Shown: positions 28,861-38,972 of the stretch, piece by piece | Numbering within the stretch: position 1 is the first letter of the stretch | How the letters are laid out: each line of letters opens with the position of its first letter | Source of the DNA: an uncultured Phycisphaerales bacterium | GTDB taxonomy: Bacteria; Planctomycetota; Phycisphaerae; Sedimentisphaerales; Anaerobacaceae | DNA: 64,000 bases | NCBI GenBank assembly: GCA_963718665.1 | Contig: OY970359.1 | Location: 1,984,001 to 2,048,000, forward strand | Direction: 5' to 3' | Program-made: the position numbers and the translations under genes | The notes under the pieces: model-generated | Told to the model about the DNA's origin: nothing | Databases searched by the model: none | Seen by the model: only the letters and a program-made list of their open reading frames with translations

Positions 28861-30145
28861 GCTGATAGCAAAAATAGCGGTGTGTGCCTTTCTCGTTCTG
28901 GCAACGAGTATTTGTAACAGCGCAGGTTCGACAAGCTCAGGGCAGGTCGGCCAGACGCAGCCCGGAAACGCCGCAGTTACGCCCGTTAATGATAAAAAAG
29001 TTGAAGCTGTTGGGGCGGGCGTCGGTCGCGACGACCCGTTTGGAGGCGGTTTCGGCGATACTGCTTCTGAGCCGCAGTCGAATACCATCACAGGGATAGA
29101 TTCGACGGATGCAAAGCCGCCGTTGGTTGTTCGCACGGTTAGTTTGAAGTTTCTTAACGCGGCTAATCTGAAAACCGCGATAGATAAGATGTTAACGACG
29201 CACGGCAGTATCAGCGTCAATGAAAACACCAACTCGCTGATTGTTTGTGATACAGAAGAGAATGTACATAAAATTATTGTCGAGATACAGAAGGCGGACC
29301 AGACGCCAAAGCAGATAATGATTGAGGTTGTTATTATTGACGTTCAGCTTCAAAACGATACCGAAATCGGTGTTGACTGGGATATTTTGAACACCAATAA
29401 CAAGGCCTTAAGTTATCGTCAGAGTATGGTTTTTCCAAATCGCTTGGGTATTATAGAGCCGACGGTCGACAACATTGCTTCTGAAACTGCCTATCAGGCC
29501 ACCGGGCTGGGTAGCGAGGTGGCGATTGTTACCGACGATATTCGTAACGTGCTTCACCTGTTGCAGGAAAAGACAAATGTGGACATCCTTGCCAGTCCTC
29601 GTGTGATGGTCGTCAGCGGCCAGAAAGCCAGCATCAAGACCGTTGAGGAAATCCCGTATCAGGAAATTACGCAATCAAGCTCCGGCGGCGGAGGCAACAA
29701 CGCGATAACCTCGACGGAATTTAAAGACGTCGGTGTTACTATGGAGGTCAAGGCGACCGTAACTGATGAAGGGAAAATTTTATTGATAGTCAGTCCCAGT
29801 CAAAGCGTGACCACAGGAACATCAATCGGAGGGGTTCCGGTTATCGATAAACGCGAGGCCACTACGACACTGCTTATGGATGATGGCCAGGTGGTTGTGA
29901 TGGGTGGATTGAGAAGCCAGAATACGCAAATTACGAAGACTCAGGTGCCTTTGCTGGGCGATTTGCCGCTCATTGGTTTTATCTTTGCGAATAACCACAA
30001 GGTTGTCCAGAATAGTGAGTTGCTTGTGCTTTTATCGCCGCATATTAATGAAAATGAACCAGTGCCGGCGGAGGCAATGAAAAGATTTAACGAGATAAAA
30101 AACAGGCCTGTATTATCGCTGCCTGCTGAGCCGAATTTGCCATAG
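28853..30145 (+). CDS. Short secretin (PilQ/GspD family)
   Basis: Signal peptide; TNSLIV.D, QIMIEVVII, ILASPRV, DGQVVVMGGL, VPLLGDLPLIG..ELLVLLSPHI. Confidence 0.9.
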   Translation: MNKLIAKIAVCAFLVLATSICNSAGSTSSGQVGQTQPGNAAVTPVNDKKVEAVGAGVGRDDPFGGGFGDTASEPQSNTITGIDSTDAKPPLVVRTVSLKFLNAANLKTAIDKMLTTHGSISVNENTNSLIVCDTEENVHKIIVEIQKADQTPKQIMIEVVIIDVQLQNDTEIGVDWDILNTNNKALSYRQSMVFPNRLGIIEPTVDNIASETAYQATGLGSEVAIVTDDIRNVLHLLQEKTNVDILASPRVMVVSGQKASIKTVEEIPYQEITQSSSGGGGNNAITSTEFKDVGVTMEVKATVTDEGKILLIVSPSQSVTTGTSIGGVPVIDKREATTTLLMDDGQVVVMGGLRSQNTQITKTQVPLLGDLPLIGFIFANNHKVVQNSELLVLLSPHINENEPVPAEAMKRFNEIKNRPVLSLPAEPNLP

Positions 30146-30279
30146 CCGGGCAATGTGTTGGGATTGGCGTCATGAGTTTTGCTAACCCTAAAGGCGTTTT
30201 GGGTCGATAAAATGTAGGAAATGGATTAAATAAATGGCGGGGGCCACCAATCCCTAAGGGATAAAAAGGAGAATTAGCA

Positions 30280-30702
30280 ATGTTTGGATTATTTAAATCG
30301 GACAAAAAATCGGGTAAACCGAAGATACTTATCGTGGATGATGAGCCGGATTATGTGACTACAATCCAGCAGCATCTTGAATGGAGCAACTACCAGACGA
30401 CAGTGGCCGTCAACGGTCAGGAAGGGTTGGAGAAAGCAGCAAGCGAAAAGCCGGACCTTATTCTGCTTGATACAAACATGCCCATTATGAACGGCCACGA
30501 GACCCTTGAGCATTTGAGCAAGGACCCCCAGTTGAAGAACATACCGGTTATTATGGTTACCGCCGCCTGCGAAATGGACGACATTGCCACCGCCTCATCT
30601 TTTGGTGTCGTTGACTACATCGCAAAGCCGTTTGATTTTACTGAACTCAAAGAGAAGATTGCCAATGCGCTTGCGGGCAAAAAAGCCCTTAGTGGCGTGT
30701 AA
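30280..30702 (+). CDS. Single-domain response regulator
   Basis: ILIVDDE, PDLILLDTNMP, IPVIMVTA, YIAKPF. Confidence 0.93.
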   Translation: MFGLFKSDKKSGKPKILIVDDEPDYVTTIQQHLEWSNYQTTVAVNGQEGLEKAASEKPDLILLDTNMPIMNGHETLEHLSKDPQLKNIPVIMVTAACEMDDIATASSFGVVDYIAKPFDFTELKEKIANALAGKKALSGV

Positions 30703-30726
30703 GGGCGATTTTTAATTCGCTGTTTT

Positions 30727-32628
30727 TCAGCTTTGCGTCTGCTGCAGTTGCTGAGCGGGTTCTGGTTCACAGGCAGATGTTCTAATTGGCAGCAGGAAGT
30801 GCATTGTTGTTCCCTTGCCGAATTCTGATTCCACCCAAATTCTCCCGCCGTGCTTTTCGACGATATCTTTTGATATGGCCAGACCCAGACCAGTTCCTCC
30901 CGTTTTGCGGTTGCCGCTGCCGAGTTGCTGAAATTGCTGGAACAGCTTGGGCATGTCCTCCTGTTTCATTCCGCAGCCGGTGTCGATAACAGAAACGCGA
31001 ATTGAGTTTTCAATCCTGCGGGTTGCGATTGTAATATTACCTTTATCAGTAAATTTCATTGCGTTGCTGACTAAGTTGGTTAGAACCTGAATCATCTTGT
31101 CGCTGTCGAAAATCACCTTGGGCAGGTTGTTATCAACTGCCAGCCGCAGCTCAATACCTTTCTTCTTTACGGCGCCTGCCATCGTGTTATAAACATTTTC
31201 GATGACGCTGTTGATATGCTTGTCCTGCATATTGAATTTAGCCCTGCCCGACTGGAGTTTCTGGAAGTCCAGGACGTCGTTGATAAGCCGGGCGAGGCGG
31301 TCAATATTGCGCTGGGCAATCTCTAATAGCTCCCGTTGTTTGCTTTTGATGCGTCCCGCGGCCCCATCCATTATCAGGGCGATGTCTTCCTTTATTATTG
31401 TCAGCGGCGTCCGCAGCTCGTGAGACACGGTTGAAATGAACTGCGATTTCAGGTCCATCGCCTCTTTGATTTTTTTGTCTGCTTCTTTGCGTTCGGTGAT
31501 ATCACGGATAACGCCGATTGAACCGGTTATACGGCCGTCAGGGTCTTTCAAAATGCTCAGTGATACGTCAACTTCGATTACCTCTCCGTTCTTTTTGAGC
31601 ATCTGTGTCTCGATATGTTGCTGTATTCCTTTCTGTCTTACCTCGTGCGTTCTGATTTTATCCCACGCATCCTCCGGATAAAGCGACTGGACGGGTTTGA
31701 GATACAGGTCGTCTTTGGTCATTCCGAGTAATTGCTCTGTGAATTTGTTCCAGGAAATGAGCTGTTCCTGGTCATCCGCCATCATAATCGCTACCGCGGA
31801 GTTCTCGAATATGGTTCGGTATCTCTCTTCGGCAATTTGCAGCGCACGTTCGGCCTGCCTTCGCTCGGTAACATCCTCGTAGGTCCCCAGGACTCCGATT
31901 ACGTTTCCCTCTGAATCGTGAAGCGGGATTTTGTTTGTATCCAGCCATGCCTGTTTGCCGTCGGCCTGAAGCTGAGGTTCCGAGATGTGGTATTCTGCCG
32001 AGTTGTTTTCCATTACCCGCCTGTCACATTGAGAATAAAATTCTATTTCCTCTTTTCGCCATGGCATGTCTTGGTTCGTTTTGCCCACAACCTCCTGTGG
32101 CGAAGACAGGCCAGCGTGTTTTGCGAAGACCGCGTTACAACCCAGATGAACCAGGTTGCGGTCTTTCCAGAAAATTGCCTGTGGAATGCTGTTCATCACA
32201 AGCTGAAGCATTTGCTGTGATTCGTGCAGTTTTTCGGCGACTTTCTTTCGCTCTATTGCGTAAAGAGCGGTTCTCACCAGCGAGATTTCTATCGCCGGGC
32301 CTTTGACGAGATAATCTGAGGCGCCGTTCTTTATCGCCTCAAGCCCCGTTTCTTCGCTCTCAAGTCCGGTGAGCACGACAATAGGGATATTGGCGTTGAC
32401 TTTGCTGACACTCTTGACTGTTTCGATGCCGTTGCTGTCCGGGAGCCCCAGGTCCAAAAGCAAGACATCGTATTGTTTGGTTTTGAGCAGATTAAGCCCA
32501 TCGGCCAGACAGGAGGCGGATTCCACGACGAATTTGGCGGATTTGGTGGATTTAGCCAAAGCGCGTTTGACTAATCGAACATCGATTTCGTCGTCGTCTA
32601 TTTGTAAAACCCGTATCTCGCCGTTCAT
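30727..32628 (-). CDS. Sensor histidine kinase, REC-PAS-PAS-HisKA-HATPase
   Basis: LLDLGLPDS receiver, two PAS/PAC, VSHELRTPL, NAMKF, DTGCG, GTGLGL; ATG at 32628. Confidence 0.92.
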   Translation of the reverse strand: MNGEIRVLQIDDDEIDVRLVKRALAKSTKSAKFVVESASCLADGLNLLKTKQYDVLLLDLGLPDSNGIETVKSVSKVNANIPIVVLTGLESEETGLEAIKNGASDYLVKGPAIEISLVRTALYAIERKKVAEKLHESQQMLQLVMNSIPQAIFWKDRNLVHLGCNAVFAKHAGLSSPQEVVGKTNQDMPWRKEEIEFYSQCDRRVMENNSAEYHISEPQLQADGKQAWLDTNKIPLHDSEGNVIGVLGTYEDVTERRQAERALQIAEERYRTIFENSAVAIMMADDQEQLISWNKFTEQLLGMTKDDLYLKPVQSLYPEDAWDKIRTHEVRQKGIQQHIETQMLKKNGEVIEVDVSLSILKDPDGRITGSIGVIRDITERKEADKKIKEAMDLKSQFISTVSHELRTPLTIIKEDIALIMDGAAGRIKSKQRELLEIAQRNIDRLARLINDVLDFQKLQSGRAKFNMQDKHINSVIENVYNTMAGAVKKKGIELRLAVDNNLPKVIFDSDKMIQVLTNLVSNAMKFTDKGNITIATRRIENSIRVSVIDTGCGMKQEDMPKLFQQFQQLGSGNRKTGGTGLGLAISKDIVEKHGGRIWVESEFGKGTTMHFLLPIRTSACEPEPAQQLQQTQS

Positions 32629-32630
32629 AG

Positions 32631-32700
32631 ATTCACCACAGAAACTGCGGAGGTTATTTTCTTTTTTTTCTCCGCGGCCTCTGCGAACTCCGCGGTGAAT
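32631..32700. repeat. REP-like palindromic element made of 9-bp units (copy 3)
   Basis: attcaccacagaaactgcggag ... ctccgcggc-ctctgcgaa-ctccgcggtgaat. Confidence 0.75.
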
Positions 32701-32763
32701 GCTGGTATGCAAGTCCCATAACTAAGGCATTTTGTTTATAGTCCATTTGTCTTGCCGATGAAA

Positions 32764-32790
32764 TTATCGGCAAATTAAACGCGTGATTTC
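32764..32790 (-). promoter_or_regulatory. Putative sigma28-type promoter of the histidine kinase
   Basis: GAAA-N15-GCCGATAA on minus; the -10 box is part of the palindrome ttgccgat-gaaatt-atcggcaa. Confidence 0.45.
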
Positions 32791-32877
32791 AGAAGAAAAA
32801 GGCGTTTTAGCGAACGAAAAAACACACTATGGGCCGATAATAACCGGCTAATTTGTGGTTTGGAATACGGGGGGCGG

Positions 32878-34011
32878 TTATTTGGATTTGGCCTTTTTGC
32901 GTTGCGACATCAGGTCGGTGAATGTTCGGAAAAGATATTGTGAATCGTGTGGGCCTGGTGAGGCCTCGGGGTGATACTGCACGCAGAAGGCCGACAAGCG
33001 TTTGCAGCGGAATCCTTCGAGGGTTTTGTCGTTCAGGTTGATATGTGTCAGCTCAACGCCTTTATCTTTTAGTGAGTCGATATCGACGCAGAATCCGTGG
33101 TTTTGTGAGGTGATTTCGACCTGTTTGGTTTCGAGATTTTTAACGGGGTGATTTGCGCCTCTGTGCCCGAATTTAAGTTTGTATGTTTTTCCGCCCAGCG
33201 CAAGGCCCAGAATCTGATGGCCGAGGCATATTCCGAAGATTGGAACTTTGCCTAAAAGTTGCCGTGTGCTTTCGATCGCGTAAGTTACTGCTGCCGGGTC
33301 ACCCGGGCCGTTGCTCAGGAATACGCCGTCCGGCTTTTTTGCCAAAACGTCCTTTGCGGTTGTAAACGCGGGCACAACATGGACATCGCATCCGTGGCTT
33401 ATGAGCAGTCGAAGAATGTTTTGCTTCATACCGAAATCATACGCGACCACTTTGTATTTCGGTTTGGGTTTTGTGACTGATGGCTTAAGAACGTCAACTA
33501 CCGGCTTATCCCATTTGTACGGCTTTTTCGATGTTACATCCTTAACTATGTCTCTGCCTACAAGCCCCGGGTATTCGCTGAGAGCTTTTGTCAGCGATGA
33601 TATTTTGAGTTCCGTTGAAGATATAATGCCCCGCATCGCGCCTTGTGTGCGGATGTACTTGACGAGTTTTCTGGTGTCGATACCCTCCAGCCCCACAACG
33701 TTATTGGCCTTGAGATATTCGCTTAACGACTGCTCATTTCTCCAGTTGCTGGGGTATTCGCAATTCTCTTTTACGATGAAGCCGGCCGCGTAAACCTTTT
33801 TGGATTCCACGTCGAGCGCGTTGGTCCCGTAGTTGCCGATAAGAGGATACGTCATCGTGATTATCTGCTCGTAATACGACGGGTCGGTCGTGATTTCCTG
33901 GTAGCCGGTCATACTCGTATTAAAAACCACTTCCCCGCACTTCTGGCCTTTTGCGCCGAAGCTGGTCCCTTCAAATACCGTTCCGTCTTCAAGTAACAAT
34001 ACCGCCTTCAT
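32878..34011 (-). CDS. carA: Carbamoyl-phosphate synthase small subunit
   Basis: [42 protein letters not shown]. Confidence 0.97.
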   Translation of the reverse strand: MKAVLLLEDGTVFEGTSFGAKGQKCGEVVFNTSMTGYQEITTDPSYYEQIITMTYPLIGNYGTNALDVESKKVYAAGFIVKENCEYPSNWRNEQSLSEYLKANNVVGLEGIDTRKLVKYIRTQGAMRGIISSTELKISSLTKALSEYPGLVGRDIVKDVTSKKPYKWDKPVVDVLKPSVTKPKPKYKVVAYDFGMKQNILRLLISHGCDVHVVPAFTTAKDVLAKKPDGVFLSNGPGDPAAVTYAIESTRQLLGKVPIFGICLGHQILGLALGGKTYKLKFGHRGANHPVKNLETKQVEITSQNHGFCVDIDSLKDKGVELTHINLNDKTLEGFRCKRLSAFCVQYHPEASPGPHDSQYLFRTFTDLMSQRKKAKSK

Positions 34012-37000
34012 ATTTTTGCTTTTTCCTTTTTGCTTTTTTCTTTTGTCTTATGGTACAACTGAATACACTTTACGTCGATTCGCTCTTTTTTCAGCGCCTC
34101 GATTGCCTTGGCGACCGCCATTGCGCCCCTGATTGTTGTTACGTAGGGCACCTGCTTGTCGAGGGCGGTTCTTCTTATCAGGAAAGAGTCGCTTACCGTC
34201 TGTTTGCCTACGGTTGTATTGACGATGAGTTCAACTTTTCGGTTGATAATTGCGTCGAGTATGTTTGGTCTGCCCTCGTTTACTTTCAGCACAAATTCCG
34301 CTGGGACGTTGTTATTGATAAACGCGATGTATGTTCCTTTGGTTGCGGTGATTTTGAAGCCCATCTGGCTTAATTTGCGTGCGGCTTCTACGGCTCTCGG
34401 TTTGTCGGCGTCTTTGACGCTGAACAGCACCGTTCCGCTGGTGGGTAGCGCGTTTCCCGCGGCTATCTGGCTCTTGGCGTATGCGATGCCCGCCTCGTCT
34501 GCGATTCCCATTACCTCGCCCGTCGAAAGCATCTCAGGGCCGAGTATAGTGTCAACGCCGGGAAATTTAAGGAATGGGAATACCGCTTCTTTGACCGAAT
34601 AATGTTTTGGCCAGACCTCTTTTGTGAAGCCAAGCTCATCTAAGGTCATTCCCGCCATAATTTTCGCCGCTAATTTCGCTAAAGGCACGCCGATGGCCTT
34701 GCTGACGAACGGCACGGTTCGTGATGCCCGCGGATTGACCTCCAGCACGTAAATTTCGCCGTCCTTGATTGCGTATTGTATGTTTATCAGGCCCAGGACT
34801 TTCAGCTCCATTGCCAGCATTTTGGTCTGACGCATCACTTCATTGATGGTTTCCTGGCTCAGTGACACCGGGGGCAGTGTGCAGGCGCTGTCGCCCGAAT
34901 GTACGCCTGCTTCTTCGATGTGCTCCATTATTCCGCCTATGACCACACGTTTGCCGTCGCATATCGCATCGACGTCCAGTTCGGTGGCGTCGTCTAAGAA
35001 TTTGTCTATTAAAACAGGATGCTCGCCCGAAACCTCGATGGCTCTTTCGACGCAGCTTTTCAATGCCTGCTCGTCGTAAACAACTTCCATCGCCCGCCCG
35101 CCAAGCACAAACGAAGGCCGAATCAAAAGCGGATAGCCCAGCTTGTCGGCGATTTTCACCGTCTCATCATAAGACATCGCCGTGCCCGACATCGGCTGGA
35201 GAAGCTGAAGTTTCTCAACAACCTTGTTGAATCGCTTGCGGTCTTCTGCCTTATCGATGCTGTCCGGGCTTGTCCCGATGATTTTAACGCCCGCCTGCTC
35301 AAGAGGCACTGCCAGCTTCAAAGGCGTCTGCCCGCCGAACTGAACAATCACCCCGTCCGGGTTTTCCTTTTCGACTATCGACATAATATCTTCGAATGTC
35401 AACGGCTCAAAATACAGCCGGTCCGATGTGTCGTAGTCGGTAGAGACCGTTTCGGGATTGCAGTTGACCATTATCGACTCTACGCCGATTTCTTTCAGCG
35501 CAAACGCCGCGTGAACACAGCAGTAATCGAACTCGATACCCTGGCCTATGCGGTTTGGCCCGCCGCCCAGGATGATAATTTTTCGCTTTTTGGTCGGGTT
35601 CGCTTCGCATTCGCTTTCATAGGTCGAATACAGGTAGGGCGTTGTCGCCTCGAATTCCGCGCCGCAGGTATCGACCCGCTTATATACCGGGTTTACGCCG
35701 GCGTCTTTTCTGAGTTTGTGGAATTCAAGTTCGCTCATTCCCGTCAAATGTGCCATATATCTGTCGGCGAAGCCGTATTCTTTTGCCTGCCGAATAAGTT
35801 CGGGAGTTAATTTGGCGGCGCCGATAGATTTTACCTTTGCCTCAAGCTGCACAATATCTTTTATGTTGTTCAAAAACCACGGGTCGATTTTCGTGATTTT
35901 GAAGATTTCGTCGACGCTCACTTTTCTGCGAATCGCCTCTGCTACGTACCAGATTCTGTCCCAGTAGGGCACTCGCAGCTTTTCTTTCAATTGCGGAAGC
36001 GAAATCGTGTTGTCGATGAATTTGTTGTCCAATGAATGACGGTCTATTTCCAGCGACCGCACCGCCTTGCCTAAGGCCTCTTTGAAGGTTCTGCCTATGG
36101 CCATCGCCTCGCCCACGGATTTCATTTGCACCGTCAGCGTCGGGTCGGTCCCGCGGAATTTCTCGAATGTAAACCGGGGCCATTTCACCACGCAGTAGTC
36201 AATGGTCGGCTCAAAGCACGCTGGCGTCTTTTTTGTAATATCGTTTGGTATCTCATCCAGCGTGTATCCCACCGCCAAAAGCGACGCTATTTTCGCTATC
36301 GGGAAGCCCGTCGCCTTTGAGGCCAATGCCGAGCTTCGCGACACACGCGGGTTCATTTCAATTACGTAAAGTTTGCCGTTTTCAGGACTCACCGCGAACT
36401 GGATATTCGAGCCGCCCGTCTCGACGCCTATCGCGCGGATAATCTTGATTGAGGCGTCTCGCATTATCTGGTATTCCTTGTCGGTCAGCGTTTGTGCCGG
36501 GGCGACCGTGATGCTGTCGCCCGTGTGGATGCCCATCGGGTCAAGATTTTCAATGGGGCAGACGATGACGACGTTATCTTTGCGGTCTCTCATCACCTCA
36601 AGCTCGAATTCCTTCCACCCGATTACGGATTGTTCGATGAGGATTTCGTGTCTTGGGCTGAAGTTCAGTCCCCATTCGACGCACTTACGGTATTCTTCCT
36701 TGTTGTTGGCGATATTGCCGCCTGTGCCGCCGAGGGTGAAGGATGGCCGGATAATCGCCGGTAGCCCGATATCATCGAGCAGCGCCTCCGCCTCCTCCCA
36801 GTTGTGGACGTAGCCGCTTTTGGGAACGTCGAGACCGCAGTCCTGAATTGTCTTTTTAAAGAGGTTTCTGTCTTCCGCCCGCTTGATACTTGCCAGGTTC
36901 GCGCCAAGCATCTTGACGTTATATTTCTTTAAAATACCCCGTTCCGCCAGCGCAACCGCGGTGTTAAGGCCCGTTTGACCGCCGAGTGTAGGCAACAAGC

Positions 37001-37253
37001 TGTCGGGCCGTTCAAGCTGAATGATTTTTTCGACGATTTCCGGCGTTATCGGCTCAATATACGTCCGGTCGGCAAAATCAGGATCCGTCATTATCGTCGC
37101 GGGGTTGCTGTTGACCAAGACAACCTTATAACCCTCGCGTCGAAGCACCTTGCACGCCTGTGCGCCTGAGTAATCGAACTCGCACGCCTGACCTATGACT
37201 ATCGGCCCTGAGCCGATGATTAGTATTTTGTGTATGTCTTTACGTTTTGGCAC
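34008..37253 (-). CDS. carB: Carbamoyl-phosphate synthase large subunit
   Basis: GTG start ([29 protein letters not shown]), [31 protein letters not shown]. Confidence 0.97.
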   Translation of the reverse strand: MPKRKDIHKILIIGSGPIVIGQACEFDYSGAQACKVLRREGYKVVLVNSNPATIMTDPDFADRTYIEPITPEIVEKIIQLERPDSLLPTLGGQTGLNTAVALAERGILKKYNVKMLGANLASIKRAEDRNLFKKTIQDCGLDVPKSGYVHNWEEAEALLDDIGLPAIIRPSFTLGGTGGNIANNKEEYRKCVEWGLNFSPRHEILIEQSVIGWKEFELEVMRDRKDNVVIVCPIENLDPMGIHTGDSITVAPAQTLTDKEYQIMRDASIKIIRAIGVETGGSNIQFAVSPENGKLYVIEMNPRVSRSSALASKATGFPIAKIASLLAVGYTLDEIPNDITKKTPACFEPTIDYCVVKWPRFTFEKFRGTDPTLTVQMKSVGEAMAIGRTFKEALGKAVRSLEIDRHSLDNKFIDNTISLPQLKEKLRVPYWDRIWYVAEAIRRKVSVDEIFKITKIDPWFLNNIKDIVQLEAKVKSIGAAKLTPELIRQAKEYGFADRYMAHLTGMSELEFHKLRKDAGVNPVYKRVDTCGAEFEATTPYLYSTYESECEANPTKKRKIIILGGGPNRIGQGIEFDYCCVHAAFALKEIGVESIMVNCNPETVSTDYDTSDRLYFEPLTFEDIMSIVEKENPDGVIVQFGGQTPLKLAVPLEQAGVKIIGTSPDSIDKAEDRKRFNKVVEKLQLLQPMSGTAMSYDETVKIADKLGYPLLIRPSFVLGGRAMEVVYDEQALKSCVERAIEVSGEHPVLIDKFLDDATELDVDAICDGKRVVIGGIMEHIEEAGVHSGDSACTLPPVSLSQETINEVMRQTKMLAMELKVLGLINIQYAIKDGEIYVLEVNPRASRTVPFVSKAIGVPLAKLAAKIMAGMTLDELGFTKEVWPKHYSVKEAVFPFLKFPGVDTILGPEMLSTGEVMGIADEAGIAYAKSQIAAGNALPTSGTVLFSVKDADKPRAVEAARKLSQMGFKITATKGTYIAFINNNVPAEFVLKVNEGRPNILDAIINRKVELIVNTTVGKQTVSDSFLIRRTALDKQVPYVTTIRGAMAVAKAIEALKKERIDVKCIQLYHKTKEKSKKEKAKI
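34013..34047. repeat. 7-bp tandem array encoding the Lys-rich C-terminal tail of CarB
   Basis: tttttgc-tttttcc-tttttgc-ttttttc-ttttgtc. Confidence 0.6.
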
Positions 37254-37269
37254 CGCATTATTCCATAAT

Positions 37270-37360
37270 ACACTGAAGGACACTGACTGTAACACGGACG
37301 TACACGGACTTTGATATTGATTAAATTGTCTGTCCGCTGTTCGCTACCCGCTAAACGCTG
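37270..37360. repeat. Left-arm-like acac(t/g)ga repeats plus a 7-bp array
   Basis: acactgaagg-acactgactgta-acacggacgt-acacggact (37270-37310); ctgtccg-ctgttcg-ctacccg-ctaaacg (37330-37357). Confidence 0.65.
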
Positions 37361-37485
37361 TTTTAGATGCAGTTTTTTACAGCAAAAATTGCTCCTTGTC
37401 AAGCAATTATCCTTAATCGCTTGCCTGTCTTCTTGAGAAGTGCCGATAAGTACTAGGTGCATCAGGGAATCGCATGCCTTTTGAG

Positions 37486-37514
37486 TTGACGATGATGTGG
37501 TAGTTGCCTACAAT
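37486..37514 (+). promoter_or_regulatory. Putative sigma70 promoter of the Sel1-repeat gene
   Basis: TTGACG-N17-TACAAT. Confidence 0.65.
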
Positions 37515-37553
37515 TCACACAAGAATAAACTGAAACGTTGGAGGCAAGAAAAT

Positions 37554-38256
37554 ATGAAACCAACCCAAACTCTGCGATTATTCTTTTTCTCATGGGTTTT
37601 GGTTATACTTATTTCTGCGAGGCAGGTTGCATATGTGTGGAAATGAGGACTTCAACGATGTACTCAAATTGGCTGAACAGGGCAATGTGATTTCGCAATC
37701 CTTTGTTGGCTGGAAGTATGCGACTGGCAAAGGTGTTACACAGGATTATCAGGAGGCATTTAAATGGTACAAAAAAGCCGCTGAACAAGGCATGGCCGAA
37801 GCGCAATACTGCATGGCATGTATGTACGCCAATGGCAAGGGAGTTGCACAGGATTATCAGGAAGCGGCCAATTGGTGTAAAAAAGCTGCTGAACAACATC
37901 ATGCGTCCGCGCAATTAATGCTGGCCGAAATGTATCAGACCGGCCAAGGTGTTGCTACAAATCATATTGCAGCTTGTAAATGGGCGACACTTTCGACGAT
38001 ACAAACAATCCAGAACAATGTCGGGCTATGGCTTAATAGAAGTAATGTTTGGCTAATCGTTTTATTTGTTATCGCTTGGTTTATCTTCCATAATATCTGG
38101 TGGGGTAAAATGCTTTGGTATGTTCTGCTTGGTGTTCAAATACTTTGGGTGCTTGGAGGAATTAGTTTTTTCTTGATGCTAATAGGACTACCATTATTTT
38201 ACTTAGCCACCTTTTATGTTTTTATTAAACGACGAATTTTTCGAAAACCGAATTAG
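37554..38256 (+). pseudogene. Sel1-repeat membrane protein, apparently frameshifted after its signal peptide
   Basis: ATG 37554 (GGAGG upstream) encodes MKPTQTLRLFFFSWVLVILISARQVAY then stops; Sel1 repeats (G.GV.QDYQEA..W.KKAAEQ) and C-terminal TMs lie in another frame (37627-38256). Confidence 0.65.
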
Positions 38257-38367
38257 ATTTGAACGAACAATAACAGGGCCAGCCGCCCATAAATGGCTGG
38301 GGACGGTTTTATGCAGGTTGTATAATCACTGTTAGATATGAGGACAGAAACAGAAAAGAGGTGAATT

Positions 38368-38868
38368 ATGTGTGACCCAACATGGGTTCTGGGTGGTGCC
38401 ACTGTGGCACTCGCAGGTGCTACTGTTTGGCTTGCAGTTGAATCGCGTCGAGGGTCTCTGCGTCAAATTGGCGTGCAAACATGGCTCGTCTTGGAACCAC
38501 GTTTCGATTCGAAGGAAATGAAGCTGGCGAGAAAGAAGTTAGCGAAACAGTTGGATCCATATGACCCAACTAAACACGACCAGATTACCGAAGAGGTATT
38601 GGAATTGTTTGAGTCTATCGGCACTGCTTACAACCTCGGGCTGCTCCACAAAGGACTGGTAATCTCCTCCTTTAGTTACTATGCGAATTACTGGTGGGAA
38701 GCAGCGAAATCTTATGTTTACAACGAACGCAGAATGAGGGGGGATGATGATTCACTTTTTAGCGAGTTTGAGAAATTCGCCGGAGCGATGCGAAAAGAGG
38801 ACCCCAAGATCGACAGTAATGCATTAAAGGATTTTCTCGACAACGAGAAACGACTCAGAACCGACTAA
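38368..38868 (+). CDS. Hypothetical protein with N-terminal TM, DUF4760-like
   Basis: GAGG RBS; N-terminal hydrophobic helix; LELFESIG..YNLG.L..WW...YV..ER..FSEFE.FA pattern. Confidence 0.6.
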   Translation: MCDPTWVLGGATVALAGATVWLAVESRRGSLRQIGVQTWLVLEPRFDSKEMKLARKKLAKQLDPYDPTKHDQITEEVLELFESIGTAYNLGLLHKGLVISSFSYYANYWWEAAKSYVYNERRMRGDDDSLFSEFEKFAGAMRKEDPKIDSNALKDFLDNEKRLRTD

Positions 38869-38920
38869 CTGGCGACCGACTACATGAAACACTACGCGTG
38901 CCGGAGGATGGCCTCTTTAC

Positions 38921-38972
38921 CTCAGCGAAATCCGCGAAATCAGCGTCTGAAATTATAGTGTTAATCAGTGTC
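38921..38972. repeat. Right-arm-like 9-bp repeats
   Basis: ctcagcgaa-atccgcgaa-atcagcgtc and atagtgtta-atcagtgtc. Confidence 0.6.

Noticed and set aside
38257..38340. Integron attC site between the two insert genes (taacag...ctgttagat)
   Set aside because: GTTAGAT fits R' but the left end does not fit RYYYAAC, internal pairing is poor, there is no second attC and no integrase
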